DNA of 64,000 nt from the human T2T-CHM13v2.0 reference genome, Homo sapiens: NCBI RefSeq assembly GCF_009914755.1, contig NC_060931.1; one strand, 5' to 3'. Position numbers and translations under genes: made by a program. Every line of letters begins with the position of its first letter. Within the stretch, counting starts at the first letter, position 1. The notes below the pieces were generated by a model, which was given only the letters and a program-made list of their open reading frames with translations, was not told the DNA's origin and ran no database searches. Below are positions 28,211 through 42,798 of the stretch, piece by piece.

Positions 28211-31200
28211 ATAGTCATATACTACACTAGAAACTTTAGTTACTTGCCTGAACAAGAAAGGATGACAGGACACAGAGGAAGATGGAGGTTGGGAGCAAAG
28301 AGAGAAAATAGGAATATTCAGTTGACAAGGAAATACCAGCTAGAGAGGAAAAACAATTACATTGCAATGCTACGACAGGGTTTTTCTCGGGAGGCAGATT
28401 TCTGCACAATGTGATAAAGGACTTTCCAGCAACTATTTTTAACAACACCACAGACTGCCTCTCAAAACAGAGTGTGAATATTTTGACCTTGGAAATTTTC
28501 AGATGCTAAAGAAATTTCCTAAATTGAAGAGAACATTGGAGTGTATATGACCTCTAAGCTAGTATGTGACCTCTCAGATGCTTTGGATATAGAAGTTAGC
28601 TCATTGAAACCGTCACAGCAGCCTGACAGATGTAATGATAAAATTTTATAAGTGGCCATACTGAAGCATGATGAGGACATGTGGTTGAATCCAGGTAAAT
28701 GACTAATCTAGTCATTGAGCTCAGCTCAGAATCTGGTCTTTGTGAGCATTTCTAGTCTTTGCCAGCATTTCTTTCATACTGCCTCTTGACAAATTGCTGG
28801 CAAAAAAAAAAAAAAAAAAAAAAAACGCAAAAGCTGGCCAAAAGCAGCCTGCATTTGAATTAAGCAGAGAGTTGTTCTTGAATTTATTTTTTGTACTAGG
28901 AAGACACATTTCTTCCTCTATGCTTTAGAAGAAGTACTGGAATGGTGGTGTCCCAATAAGGTGCCATGTTCAGAGAGTGGTGAAAGCTAAAGCTGACCTT
29001 ATAAGACCTGGGAAAAATGAGTACGCATCCTGTCTGAGAGCAATAATATCATGCTGTACATACAGTAAAGTCAGGGGTTTCCTCTGGGAAGAGGCACATA
29101 ACTCCAAGAAACTCAAGAGGGAAATCAGGGTGACATTTATAGGATACTGACCTCGTACAGACAGGGTCCTTTCATGCATAACTATTAGCTTCATTATGTA
29201 AGAGCCACCTAGAGTGTAGAAGAGCAATAAGGTATCAAAGCTCAAATGCTTTCCTTAAAGCACCCATTTAAATAAGTCATAGGGGCTACCATTTTTACAA
29301 CATTTCATAGATTACAATGTGTGTTCAGGTTTGACATCTCACTCAAGCCTTCTCAACATTTTACATTCAAAGCGAACTGCGTATGTAAAGGCTTATGAAG
29401 GTTTTTTCATATGTAATATCTCATTTATGTGCTAAATGACTCTGAAATGGAGGTATTATTAAACTATATTTTTAATTAAGCCGAGTAAAATTATATATAT
29501 ATCCACAAGCTATAGCACCTATTTTGAGTGCATCTAAGACTGTTTTGTTTCTGTCATTAGGCAACTAAGAAATATAGGATAATTTTGCATGGTGAAGGTA
29601 TATTAGAAAAGCATATGAAAATAGTCTTATTATTATTGCAGAAAAATGAGAGATCATCGTACACAGAAAGAAATAAAAATTATTCATGATCCACCTGCCC
29701 AAAGCAGCAATGCTTAAATATTTGGTACAGTTACTTCCAATAAATAAATATATTTGGATTATTTGGTAAAGATCATAGTGTGCATACAGGGTTGTCTTCT
29801 TTATCACAGAAATTTTCTATTTTATTTAATATTCTTAGTAAACATCATTTTAATGGCATAGTAGATTATGTGAGTGGAGCATAATTTACTTAACTTATTG
29901 TTAACAAATCTCTTGCATATAGTATATGTATTTTGTACCTATTGCTGGTATCCCTCTTCATAATTCCTAGAAGAGGGATTACCACCCCAAAGAGCATGAT
30001 TGCTATTAGTGATCTTGCCACATATGGCCAAAGTGACTTTTAGAAAGTAGTACCAAGCTCAGCTCTAATGAGCAACATCACCTTGCCTTGCCAGCATTGA
30101 AGATTGTCACAATATTTTAATTCACCAATTTTATAGATTAAAAGATATTGTTGTTTTAATTTTCACTTTGCATGGTCACTTTACGTTGTCCACACAACTT
30201 ATTAAAGACATGGATAAAAGAAATCCCTGTAAAAGGCAGCTTAACTGGATGTTTCCCTCCAATGGCAAAGTGACTCTCAATGGGCCAAGGTAAGTACTCA
30301 AGGGTGAGGGAGGCTTGGGTATTGCATACAAGAGCTGGGATCACAGCAGCAGGGACTAAAGGATGTCTGTTGTTTGTCAACTTGCCTCTCTTTCTTCCAC
30401 TTTGAGTATTTTTCATTGCATGAACAGTTGCCAAATGCCTGCCGGGTTCCCTGCACGCCCGCAGTAAGCATTCTCTCACAGCATGGATTCTCTGTTCATG
30501 AAGCTCTCTCTGCAAAGAGTAAAACAAGAATGGGTTGCAAGTAGAGAAACTGAGAGTACGTGATGACCTGGAGGATGCCCCACAGGCAACATTTCCTTTT
30601 GAGGCATTGAGTTTAGTCATCTCACTCTTCATAATAGAAAATGGAAGTAGAACTATCTTTTGTTATTGTTTGGATTTTTTTTCTTTTGGGTATTTTTTTT
30701 CTGCCCTTACTCTTTTGTTCTTAGATTACTAATTTAAAAATGTTATTATGGAAAATTTGAAATCTGTAGCACAGTAGAGAGCAATAAACCCCATGTACCC
30801 ATTACTCAGCTACATGCAACTACATAGACTCCATGCAAGGCTGCCCTGAGTGATTTACTCTGTCTCCCCTCCAACCCTGCAGCTACATAATTTTGAAGAA
30901 AATCCCAGAAATCCCAGATGTAATATCATTTATCCATAAATATTTTGGTATATATCTCTACAAGATGGTTTTTGAAAAACCTATCATCTTGCCCAAAAAT
31001 TCTTTAAAATTGCCAAATAGCCAACTACTGTTCAGATTTTCCTGATTGCCTCATATTTTTACAGTTGATTTCTTGAATTGGGTTCCACACAAGATCTGTA
31101 TCTTGCATTTGTTGATTTGTTGTTGTACTCACTTTAATAAGTATAAATAAATGGTACTTTTAGTGGGAAATGGTATTTAAATAAATGCCCACAGTCTGAG

Positions 31201-33199
31201 TGCCAGGGACGCTTATTGCAACTCTGATGGTTATTATTTCTGGACAGAGCTAGAAAGTAATAGGAGGGTATTTTTATTTTACACACAATATTTTGATTGC
31301 TATTTACTTATTTATATAACAGTACAACATTTTTTCTCTCCTGAGTATCAGAGTTCTGTATCTTCTTAGTTAAATACTCAGTGTGATTACTGTAACTGAT
31401 AGTGTTTTAGGTTCTTCTGGGTGAGAATAGGGATGACTTACCATGTGACCTGGCTTTCAAAATCTTCCTTTATACTCTGCAACATCAATGAATCAAAAAG
31501 AAAATAAAGCAAGTGGAGAGACTGATGTTACTTAAATTAAAATCACAGAATCACAGAGCTACGGGGGTCTACTGAAATCATTCTAGTTGATCTCTTCATT
31601 TTGTAGAGAGATACACTAAGGCTGGAAAGGTGACTTGCTCAAGGTGATCTAAATCAATGGTTCTCAAAATTTAATATGACCAGGAATCATCTGGAGGCCT
31701 TCTTAAAACCCAATTGCTGAGCCTCACCCCAGAGACTCTGTTTCAACAGGTCTGGGTGGGGCCCTGGTGATGCTGATGCTGCCAGTGCACTGACTGATTT
31801 AGTGGCACTAATCCATCTACGTGTTGCCTAAATAACAGCTAACGGGAGCATCTTCTTGGCTACAGCCCTGCTAAAGTAGAGATGAACTCACTTTGAGCTA
31901 CATGGGAGTAAGTGTGGAAAAATCAAGTCATGGGGCAGGAGCAGGTGAATTGTGGGTTGACCAGGCTGTTTTCTACCTGATGTGACAGATAGAGAAGACT
32001 CAGCTGCCTCACTACTACTGGGGGTTGTCAATTTTTCATCATAGGTTCATTCCTTTGAGATAACTCCTCCTTTTAAAAATCAAATCCTTAAGAAAGATTC
32101 TCCCTCTCCAGACGAATTTAAGCCACTGATCTCAATGTAAGCCTGTTGCAAACACTGCTAGGTATCTTTATGTGAATCTCCTAATTGGAGGCAACCTTTC
32201 TCTGAAATCCCACAGCCTTTGCCTGTATCCCTCTCTTGTCCCTGAGTACTTCCTACTGCATCTGTTTAGACATTCTTGAACAGGCAGTGATCTAGATACC
32301 TAGGTTATGCCAGAGGTGCAAGTTTTAAACTCCAGACAAAAGAGTACACTGATTCGCTCGAGTAACGGCTTCCAGGTTTAATTTGTTGCAGCCAGAGTGC
32401 TGGAGGTTTAGAAAACTCAGTCCTGTCTGTATGGTAAAAATAGATGACAGATGCCCTCAAAGTCAGGGGAGATACCTTCATTTCATAACAATTCAGGAAT
32501 CTAAGTCCAGGAAGCACCTTTAGGATTTTAAAGTTGCTAGAAGCTTTGTAACTCTCCCTGGGTATTTGAGTTTCTCATCTCCCGTTACTTGATTAACAGG
32601 GAAATATGAAAATCCAAAAGGCAGATCCCAGGGAGACAGAATCTGCTCTAGAGAGAAGTCCCAAGGGGGAGAGTGGGTGGGGGCATCCCTGGGATACTGA
32701 GAAACTGGCTGGCCTTTGGTACACAGCAAGAGAGAAGCAATCAAATTCCCACCTGTGATCCCCTTGATAACAGTGACTATTCACCTCCATATCTCCTGGG
32801 CTGGCCTGAATCGGTGGTATATGGTATAGGGAGGAGGACCCAAGAATTAAGGGACCCAGGGTGTGTATGTCTGAGGGCTGGGTGGGTCAAGTAATAAAGA
32901 GGATGAAAGAAACAAAGACAAGGAGGGTAATAAAGTGATCAGTGTTGCCTACTGAATATTGCTTCTGTTTGGACTAATGATGCTAGACTGATATTTACTC
33001 CTCACACTACCTGCCCCTCTGTTTCTCCAGGTAATACCTCAGGTCAAGAACACCAGGTCATGAATCAAAGGCCTTTTGTTTTTAAGCACACCTGATACCT
33101 GAAAGATGAGAAACAGTGGCTGCCCTTCTGGTGGCAATGCATGAGCAGATGGGGACAATAATTTTAAAATAAGATACATAAGATGCCTCTGAAGAACAT

Positions 33200-33720
33200 T
33201 GTGTTTAGTTAGCTACTGCCAGCAAAATGCCACCTAATAAGTTTATCCCAAGACTCAATAGCACAAAAGAGCAATCATTTATCCTTATGGACCTGTGTAT
33301 TGGCCGAGGGTCAGCCAGTTGGTCAAGGCTGAGTTTGGTGGCTCTGCAGAGCTCAGCTGGGCCTGCTTCCATGTCTGGTGTCTGCTGACTCTAGCTGGGC
33401 TGTCCTGGATGATTTCACTTGCTTCATGTGTCTTCATCTTCCTCTTAAAACCAGGGGCTAGCCCAGCATGTTTTTCTCATGGTAATGATAGAGGCATAGG
33501 GGAATGTACAGAAACACCATCTCTTAATGCCAGAGCCACAAGCTAGCACATTGTGACTTCCACTTTGGTCTATGGGCCAAAGCAAGTCACCTGGCCAAAC
33601 ACAGGGTCAAGAGGGCCAGAAGTACATTATGCTCCTACAGTGGAAGAAACTGCAAAGTTATATGTCAGGAAATGTTCATATAGGCAGTGCATGAAGAATT
33701 GGGCAAATAGTGTCCCTAAC
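33200..33720 (-). mobile_element. MLT1 (H/I-like) MaLR LTR
   Basis: ggccaaagcaagtcacctggccaa...gaaactgcaaagt...tgaagaattggg motifs. Confidence 0.7.
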
Positions 33721-33804
33721 ACAAATATATACCATGTGTTATCAATTAAGTGAAATACATGTAAGAAAATTTAGATAAAATACCATTAGATTCTGATGCT
33801 AATT

Positions 33805-33941
33805 TTTTATTGTTATTTTTTATTTTCTTAGAGATCTCATTATGTTACCCAGGCTGGTCTCAAACTCCTGGGCTCAAGCAATCCTTCTACCTTGGCCTCT
33901 CAAAGTGCTGCAGTTACAGATGTGAGCCACTGTGCCTGGCC
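33805..33941 (-). mobile_element. FLAM_C Alu monomer
   Basis: Left monomer only; TSD tgatgctaattt / tgatgttaattt. Confidence 0.82.
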
Positions 33942-35487
33942 TGATGTTAATTTATAATGCTTTCCTATGAATAAACTGTTAAAACACTTTAGTCAATGTA
34001 TCCAAATCTGATTGGTGTTATTCAGAATTATTTTGCTTCTCTGTGTATAGATTCTTCTAATTCTTTTCTGTGTTCCTCATGCTTCCAAAGCTATACTTGT
34101 CTGCCTTGAATGGTATTACTCAATTAAAATTCTCAGACTCTATATCTGCAATTGTTCTGCCACTTTAAAGATACTATGTCTTTAAAGTTGCTGTGAAAAA
34201 GCCTCCAGTTCATTCTGCAGAATACCCATCAGTTATATATTTACGTGACTGAGACGTTATTTCTCTCCTGTGTAATTTTAGTTGCCACATATTGAGAACC
34301 TTCTAATGGAAGAATCTACACTAAATCCTTTATATCTGTTTGTCATCTCCTTTAAACCTTACAACAATACTGCAGTATTGATTGAGCAATCCCCATTATG
34401 TAAACAAAACTGAACTCAGGAAGATTAAATACATTGCTTAAGGATGAAATGGTAATAAGATCAGAATTCACATAGTTTGGTTTGGCTATGAAGCCAATGG
34501 TTTTTCTATTATTTTTCACTTATCTTTTTTTTTTTCATCATGTCCCGTCCTCTTACCCATATACTTGAGTTTTTAGATTTTTCTCTGAGATGTAGTAAAG
34601 AATGTTTGGGTGGCAAGTGTTAGTGCCATCTCTTTTTATTCTCTTGAGAGCCTGTGAGTGTGGAAACACGTGTTATTATTATCCTCTGTAAAGCTGCAGG
34701 GACTAGTACTTTGAAGTGAAGAGATTTACAGGGACTGGGATGCAGACTCTGTATATTTTTCTCTTCTCTTATTTCAATTACTATGTTTAATCATGGTAAT
34801 CGAAGGTGTGAGAGTCTATAATTTTGCTACTGGAACTAGCCAGTGAACTTGGACCTAAAGAACTATATTTCTTTATACAGTTCTGGAAGAGTTTGGGAAT
34901 AATAATAGCATGGGTGTTCTTCACATTGCAATAACATAGAAATAAGATGGCAGAGGATAGTTACTATGCAGCCATACGGCCCACTAGGTTCTAGAGTATT
35001 GGGTTTATAAAAGGATTTTTGAATAACTTGGGACTCTTGTTACTAGTGGTCGTTTACCTAACTTCTTGGACAATTTAAGTTAAAGAATAACCCAAAAAGA
35101 AGTCAAACTAATTTCAATTTATCTAAATAACCTTGAAGAAAGCCAATTGAAATTTCTTCCCTTCCATTGTCCTCACTTTCCAATGAATATGTTTTACTGT
35201 AAAGATATGGTCCAAAAACATGTTTATTTTTCTTCATGTTGTTTTCATATGCCATTCGTGTAGCAAGCACTGTTACGCCATGGCAGTTACTTTGATGTGT
35301 GGAAACAGGATGTAAGCTATTATGTTCTTTGCAATGGCTTCCCATTCATCTGTGTCTCAAGCATTAGGAGTTTCAAAAAACCCTATGAGTCCTGATTTGG
35401 GTTAGTTTTATCTTCATGAAAGTTAGAAAATAGCATTTCTTTTCTGGATATTATTTGTCTTTATCCTGAATTCTGCAAAACATGTTA

Positions 35488-35605
35488 TAACAAGAATTGT
35501 TGGCTATTAATATATGTTACTGGTTTTAAAGTTTTTTATTTATTATTAACAAGAATTGTTGGCTATTGATATATGTTAGTGGTTTTAAAGTTTTTTATTT
35601 ATTAT
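35488..35605. repeat. 59-bp direct tandem duplication (2 copies)
   Basis: taacaagaattgttggctatt...ttttttatttattat twice, 2 mismatches. Confidence 0.92.
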
Positions 35606-35619
35606 TTATCTTATTTGAT

Positions 35620-35906
35620 TGTGTTTTAGAGACAGAGTCTCACTCTGTTGCCCAGGCTGGAGTGCAGTGGCATGATCACAGCGCACTGCAGCCTTGAACT
35701 CCTTAGGCTCAAGCACTTCACCTGCCTCAGCCTCCTGAGTATCTGGGACTATAGGTGTGAGCCACCAAACGTGTCTAATTCTTGTTTACAATTTATTTCT
35801 GTAGAGAAAGGATCTTACTATGTTGCCCAGGCCAGTCTGGAACTCCTGGCCTTGGGCAATCCTCCCACCTCGGCCTCCCAAAGTGCTGGGGACCACTGTG
35901 CCCAGT
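35620..35906 (-). mobile_element. AluJ
   Basis: Diverged dimer. Confidence 0.85.
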
Positions 35907-38746
35907 CTATTTTCTCCTTTAAATAGTGTTTTTTTTCCTCCTTTAAAAAAAACCAAACCTTTAGATGAGGAGGAAAAGGAAAGGAAACATGATGTTTATG
36001 GAGTGATTGTTCAGCATCCAGTCTTACGCTGGGTGCTTTACTTAGTTTATCGCAATGTTAGTTCCATATTACAGATGAAGAAACAATGGCATTTTGATAA
36101 TGCAAACTGCATAGATCTCTAATTTAGCTTTTTTGGTTGTCAGGCTTTGATGGGTTCAAAATTTGATAGGAAATTTTGTTTGTTTCCTTTCATATTAAAA
36201 CACTGTTCTTCTACCAGATCCCTAGAAGACTGTGGCCAGCAGGTATTAGCGTCAGGAGGTGAGTATTAGTTTAAATATTGACCTCTGTTATGTTAATAAC
36301 ATGGTGGCAGCATTTGTAGGCCGCCAATGCACACATTCCACTACCTAAAACAAGAGAATTTGCCTTTGACACCCTTCCTGAAACGAGTCCTGAAATTCAT
36401 TCTGATTAAACCACCATAAGCCTTATGTGCAGCCCAAACTAGTAATTGTGATTAGGGGTGAGGCGGGGGTGAAATGCACTACTCCATTTAACATAGCCCA
36501 AGTCAAGAATCCCATCCTTGGAGTTGAGACAGAGTCAACTTTTCAGAATGACGTGGATCTTGAAATGGAAGTGGCAGGCTTTGAGGAAGGCAGACAGACA
36601 TGGGAGTCTGGGAGCCAGGCAAACCCAGCTGTCCACAACATCATTTATTCTTTCAAAGACGCATCTAGAGAGCACGCTTGCTAAGAACGGTGGGAGAAAC
36701 TGACAAGAATTAGACATAGTTCCTGTCCAGGCTGCCTATAATTTATTATGGAGAGGGAGGAGCTAAATTAATAACTATAATCAAAACCTGAAATGCTGTG
36801 ACATAAAAGTGGCAACTACCTATTAGAGTGAGAAGGAGAATTACTTTTTGGTACAAATAATGGAAAATTTTCAAAGGGGGTGAAAGATTTCTTAGAGCTA
36901 GAAGGGGTACTTAGGAATTTTTTTTAACTCTGTGTGATATGATGCTGAGAGAAACTGGGACACAGGGAGAGTAAGACTTGTTAGGGAATAAGATAGACAT
37001 AAAGATGAGGAGAGGTAATGCCCAGGGTTTTAGTAGAAAATATAGGGCTCCAAAGAACAAAAATTACCCAATTTCACTGTTTTACTTGGGATCAGTTTTT
37101 CCAATAAGTGTGGTCAAAAAATCAGAAGTGTGTGGACAAAAGTATAATTTCTTGTTGGCTGAAAAATGGTAACTTCTATATTCTTTGTTGAGTTAGCTGT
37201 TTGCTCAGGGAACCAGTGTATTGCAAAGTATATTTTCTGTCAGCTTATCTGATTCCTTCTTAAGAATTTCTATCTCTGAATAAAGTTTCAACTGTATTTG
37301 TTTACTTATATCTCTTTTGCTTTAAAAGAAGACACAAAATACCTGAGCTTTCAGCTAAGTTTTCAACTCAAATTCTTTGTTTCTAGGTATTAAGGGGAGG
37401 GTTTTCCTTTACAGATTGGAGATGGATAAAGTGCCTGCCAAGGGGCTGAGGGTGTTGTGAGCATTTAAAAGGGCTCAGCTCTATGTAAGCTTCCCAGGAA
37501 GATAGGTGAGAGGTCCTCTATCTAAGAGCCTCAAATTTACAGGATGGATATGATCAAAAGAGAATCAAGCCATGTCCAAACCATGGGTGCATCTGAGGAC
37601 AGATAGGCCTTGCTAATTATGTGTGTCTTCCACTAAGGTGAAAATTTGCTTCATTTCCTAAATACATAATAGACACTATGAGGGAATGTGGTTCAGAAAA
37701 TATGCATGAGGGCTTGCGAGAAGAAGAATGAAAAGCTGTTTTCAAAGCTACAAAAGGAAAGCTCAGTTTCTTTCTTCTACATTTAAAGTAGGTGGCCTAA
37801 AACTGAACCAATAAAAGATAATTGCAAATATATTTCTTATTGAAATCTCCCTTTCCCCCAAAGGTTAAGAGGATTGAGGACATTTCTGAAAAAGGAGGAG
37901 TAGATAGTCAAAATCTAGGTGGAGGTTGTGTATTTGCTGATTGATGCATTTCAGACCATAATGGAGAAGACCACTTTGTTCATTAACAAACGTTTCCATA
38001 TCAGTGCCTGCCTTTTGTGGCTCATGCTGTCCATCCCTGACATTTTCTGCCCCCTCTTTCTTTCTCTCACCCCCCTTGTTGTGTACTAAATCCTTTCTGC
38101 CTTTAAGTGTCACTCCAAAACCAGCTTCCTGCATGAAGCCTTCTCAGATTCCCCCTTCTCCCAGTTTGGCTTGTTCTCCCACAACAATGCTCTGATGCAC
38201 TATCTTATTTTACCTTCATGAATTTCTACAACATGCATCTGTCTCCTTCACTAAATTATAAGCTCCTTGAGGGCAGGACTGCTCTTCTTTTACTGTGTGT
38301 CCCTCCTTCGTTACTGAACAATCTTTATACATCTCTTGGGCAAACACATATATCTTAAATCTGATTGTTTACATTGCTCATGAGTATAATTGTTAAATAT
38401 AATTGTGTGATAAATGTACCAGGAAGTGGATCCCCTGGTCTAATTGCCTTGCGAAGTATTCTTTCTTCTCTCTGGGGTGAAATAAGTCAATTATATTGAA
38501 AGTTAGAATTGTTAAAAAGTTTATAACTAGTAAGGGTGATTAGAAGCCCTAAATTCAGCAAATGTTCAGCAAAGTATTTGGTGTTTACTAGGTATCTAGT
38601 ATCATGCTAGTGATGAACTAAATAGTCACTCTCAGCACCCTCATGGGGACTATAGTCTAGTGAGGAAAATGGTCAATTCATATGCGAATTAGCAAATAGA
38701 TTCACAGATAGACATTGTATAAGTGCTATAAAGAAATTAAACAGTT

Positions 38747-39062
38747 CCAGTGATTTGAGAGGCTGATGTGAGAGGATCACTTGAGGCCAGACGTTCAAGG
38801 CCACCTGGGCAACATAACAAGACTCCATCTGTACAAAAACTACAAAAATTAGCAGGCATGGTGGCGTGTGCCTGTAATCCTAGCTACTCTAGCTACTTGA
38901 GAGGCTGTGACAGGAGGATTGCTTGATCCCAGGAGTTCGAGGCTACAGTGAGCTATGAACCACTGCACTCCAGCCTGGGAAACAAAGTGAGACTCTGTCT
39001 CGAAGGAAGGAAGAAAGGAAGGAAGGAAGGAAGGAAGGAAGGAAGGAAAGAAAGAAGGAAGG
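38747..39062 (+). mobile_element. AluJ with (GGAA)n tail
   Basis: Diverged dimer followed by GGAA array at 39002-39062. Confidence 0.85.
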
Positions 39063-40950
39063 GATTCTAGAAAAGAAGGTTTAGAGAAAATGTGGGTTAG
39101 AAAGTCATTTCTGCTGATGAGCTTGATTTAAGACAAATTGAGCTATCCTCATTTATGGAGATGCATGAAAAAGCCACTGGTTGGCAAAGGAAACAACATT
39201 TGCCCTGAGCATAAATGAGAGAGAAACTGATACTAGAGCCCTGTCTACATCCACTTAACAATTGCTCTTCTGAGATCACAAGGGTGATAGAGCCTATGTA
39301 GATCTCCCTGGCTCATTGAACCTTAACCAAGGGCTTCTGTTAGGCTTTGAATGCACACCAGCGACATAGAACTGAAGATGCAGTATCTTAAGCAGGGCTC
39401 ACATTTGTTTTATTTTAGGCTTCCCTGATAAGTTGTGTGTGCGTGTATATGTGTTGCAGGGTGGGGGATAGGGTTGGAGGGCATTATGGAGGCAAGAAGA
39501 ATAAGCTTTCTTGCCTGTGCGTGAAGAGTTTCACCAGACGATTTCAGCTTTCTCCTGTGACCTGGGAAAGCTGTGATGTGGAGCATGGCCAGTTTATACT
39601 TAAAAATGTCCACACAGTTCTGGTTGGTTCTGCCATGCCAGAATCAAAGGTTGGACCCGGAAACAAATGCCTTTGGCTGCTTGGTAACCAGCACTATCAC
39701 AAGACAGTTGTGTTGATTGAGCCTAAGGTGGAAGTCTGTGTGAGCTATGAGAGGTGGTAAGATATGACTGCAAAAGCCAGGGCTTTGTCAAATCATACAC
39801 TCTTGGGATTAGTCATCTTGTCTGACCATCAGACTCAGTGATAAGTTTTTGTATCTTGCAAGTTTTCAATTTGGCAAGAAGTTTCCTGATAATGCTTGGA
39901 TATCTGCATCTCTTCTTCCTTCATCCAGCATTGATGGTTAGTAGCTTCTTCTAACCATTCTAACATGGATCTCATCTTGTATTTAATAATTGACAGATGG
40001 GTCCTCTCCCATCTTATATGGAGGATCAAAATGATTCTAGCAACTTAGTTCCTTTCCTCAAAAATATTGACACTCACCTTTGCCACACACGTCTGCGAAT
40101 TATGAGTTATTGTTGTAAGGGACTAAACTGTCTAATCTTAGAGTTCGCCTTGGCCATATTTAGAATGTACAGTTCATAGGCAGCTGAGCAGAAAACCAGA
40201 AAAAGGGGGCTGAGAATTAGGTGAGAAACTGAGGAAATGAGTGAAATTAGTGATTCTCCACCCAGTCAGGAATTTTTTTTTGAAAAACATTCCTTCGACT
40301 CCTGTGAGATACAGCAGGGAATGAGCTTATTGGAAGAGATGAGGGAATGAGAGTGTGAGGAGGAGCTTGAATCCTTCCAGAGATCCCATTAGAAATAAGG
40401 CAAGGATGGGGGAGCCAGGGCAGCCTTTGGAAATGGGGAGCAGCAGGAATAATGGGGAAAGCAGCCCCCAGAGAGTGTCAGGGCCAGCCTGGAACCAGCC
40501 TCTGAAGGGGTGACCAGTCTTGGAGGGTTACTGGTCAAAGAGGAACATCTAAACTACTGCCAGGGCAACGACATGAAAGAAAAGGGTTCCAGGGTGTCGG
40601 GAGATTGATGGGGTTCAGGAAGGCTTGGGACTCAGCAGGGCCTGGGAGGTGAACCAGGAGTTGGGCAGAAGGCAGGCAGAGAAAAGGTGTGCCATGACTC
40701 AAGCCTGGCACTTTCAAAAGAGGGCCTGCCCCAGGCACTCATCCTGGGTTCACAGGGCACAGGGCGGCAGGCACTTAGAGATACCAGACCCTGGTGCCCA
40801 TCAATGGCTTTACATGGCCCACCTTGGGCTAGGTCTTCCTGGAGCTGAGCATGTGAATTGAGCACACCATAATAATCTCTGAGTGTAGTTTCCAGTTTCA
40901 ACAAAAGCAGAGAGTTAAGTACTTAAGAGTTCAAAAAGGAAAAGAAATTA

Positions 40951-41248
<298 letters not shown>

Positions 41249-41624
41249 GAAATTAAGAAAAGGGTTCAGAACCCTCTCTGGGATACATTAAATTTGGGGA
41301 ATTAAATTTTTAGTGCAGTTTTATTTTTCTCTTACATTGCAATCTGATGAACTGCTTTTCAAACATTTATTGGCTTTAGAGAACTTGAGTAGGCCTGTTT
41401 TAATTACTTCTCCAAGTCCTCTTCTAGTATTCTAATTAACTGCTTTTCAATACCCTGATAATTGGTCATAGAGATACAAACAATACAGTTGAAAAACAAG
41501 GACCAATTGTCTAGGGGAATCCACAGCTCCGAAGGAGAGCAGGGATGGAGCAGTGAAGAAATGTCACTTTTTCTCTTTTTTCATAGGAAAGGGACTTCTG
41601 TGTTGCTGTGACCCTGTGATGTGC

Positions 41625-41845
41625 TGCAGAACATTTAGGCTTCAGAGTCAAACAGCCTGGGTCTCCAATTTCAGGGCTGTCATTTGTTAGTTGAGTGAAC
41701 CCAGAAAGTTGCTTAACTTTTCCGAGCTTCATTTCTTCAACTAATATTTGGAATAAAAGTACCCTTGTCCTGGATTTCTTGGGAGGATTATAAGTATCAT
41801 ATAAGAAATTTCCATCTTAGTGCCAGGAACTGAAGAGGCACTCAG
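41625..41845 (+). mobile_element. MIR
   Basis: ggcttcagagtcaaacagcctggg...agttgcttaactt. Confidence 0.6.
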
Positions 41846-42798
41846 GACCTGGTGACAAAAGTTATCAATACATTATGCTACAATAGATGTGCCCGTTATT
41901 GGTGAAAAGGCATAAACCTAGAGGTACCTGGGGCTGAAGACAGAGTAAGGGTTATCTTGGACAGATTGGCCTGGTTAATGTCTCAGTAGCTTTGATTTAA
42001 GAAAGGTCTTCTCTGAACGGCTTTCCCTTTGGTGGTGTGGTGTTTTCCATCCATAGATGTTGGTTACTTCTACAGATGAAATGCCCATTAGAAACATGCC
42101 CAACGTGTCCTAAAATTATTTTCCATTCTTGGTCCTCCCTAGATTTTTTGTTGGCGTGGCAGCTGAACTTGTTGGCAGATTATATTGGGCTCCAAGACAA
42201 AGGTTGACAATTTCTCCACGTCTCTGTTTGGGTGTAAAGTGGAGACACAATTTTTAGAACTTCTGGGAGAGTCTTCTCTCACTGTCAGCCTAGACTGTGG
42301 AGGCCTGAAAGTATGGTGTCTGTCTCAGGGGGCAATGGGTTACTTGAAGGATATATTTTATCCACAGCCTTTTTTGTCTTGTTCATTTCAGAATTTTGCC
42401 TACAAGTATATTTCACCTACAGTGAATAAAGATTAATGGTTGATTGAAGTCATCTGGATAACATATTGGAAAACTTCTTGACAGGAATAGTTTAAATTAG
42501 AAAGCAGAAATAAACTTTTGACTTTAAGGAAATATTTCATGTCTGTCAACATAAAGCAACTTGGCACTATTAATCTATATCCACAAATACTTTCATGTCA
42601 TATGACCACTTTTTTATTGGACACCACCTTCTGGAAAAATCTAAAATATGTAAAACACTAAATTCACAAAAGTGATTGTCCTAGAGTTATTTATAACAAT
42701 AAGTTAGAAACATAACATCATTGAAAATTTGATTAAATCACTTTGGAGACATCCACTTGATGAGATGTTATACGGTCGTATAAAAGTGCACGGAAACA

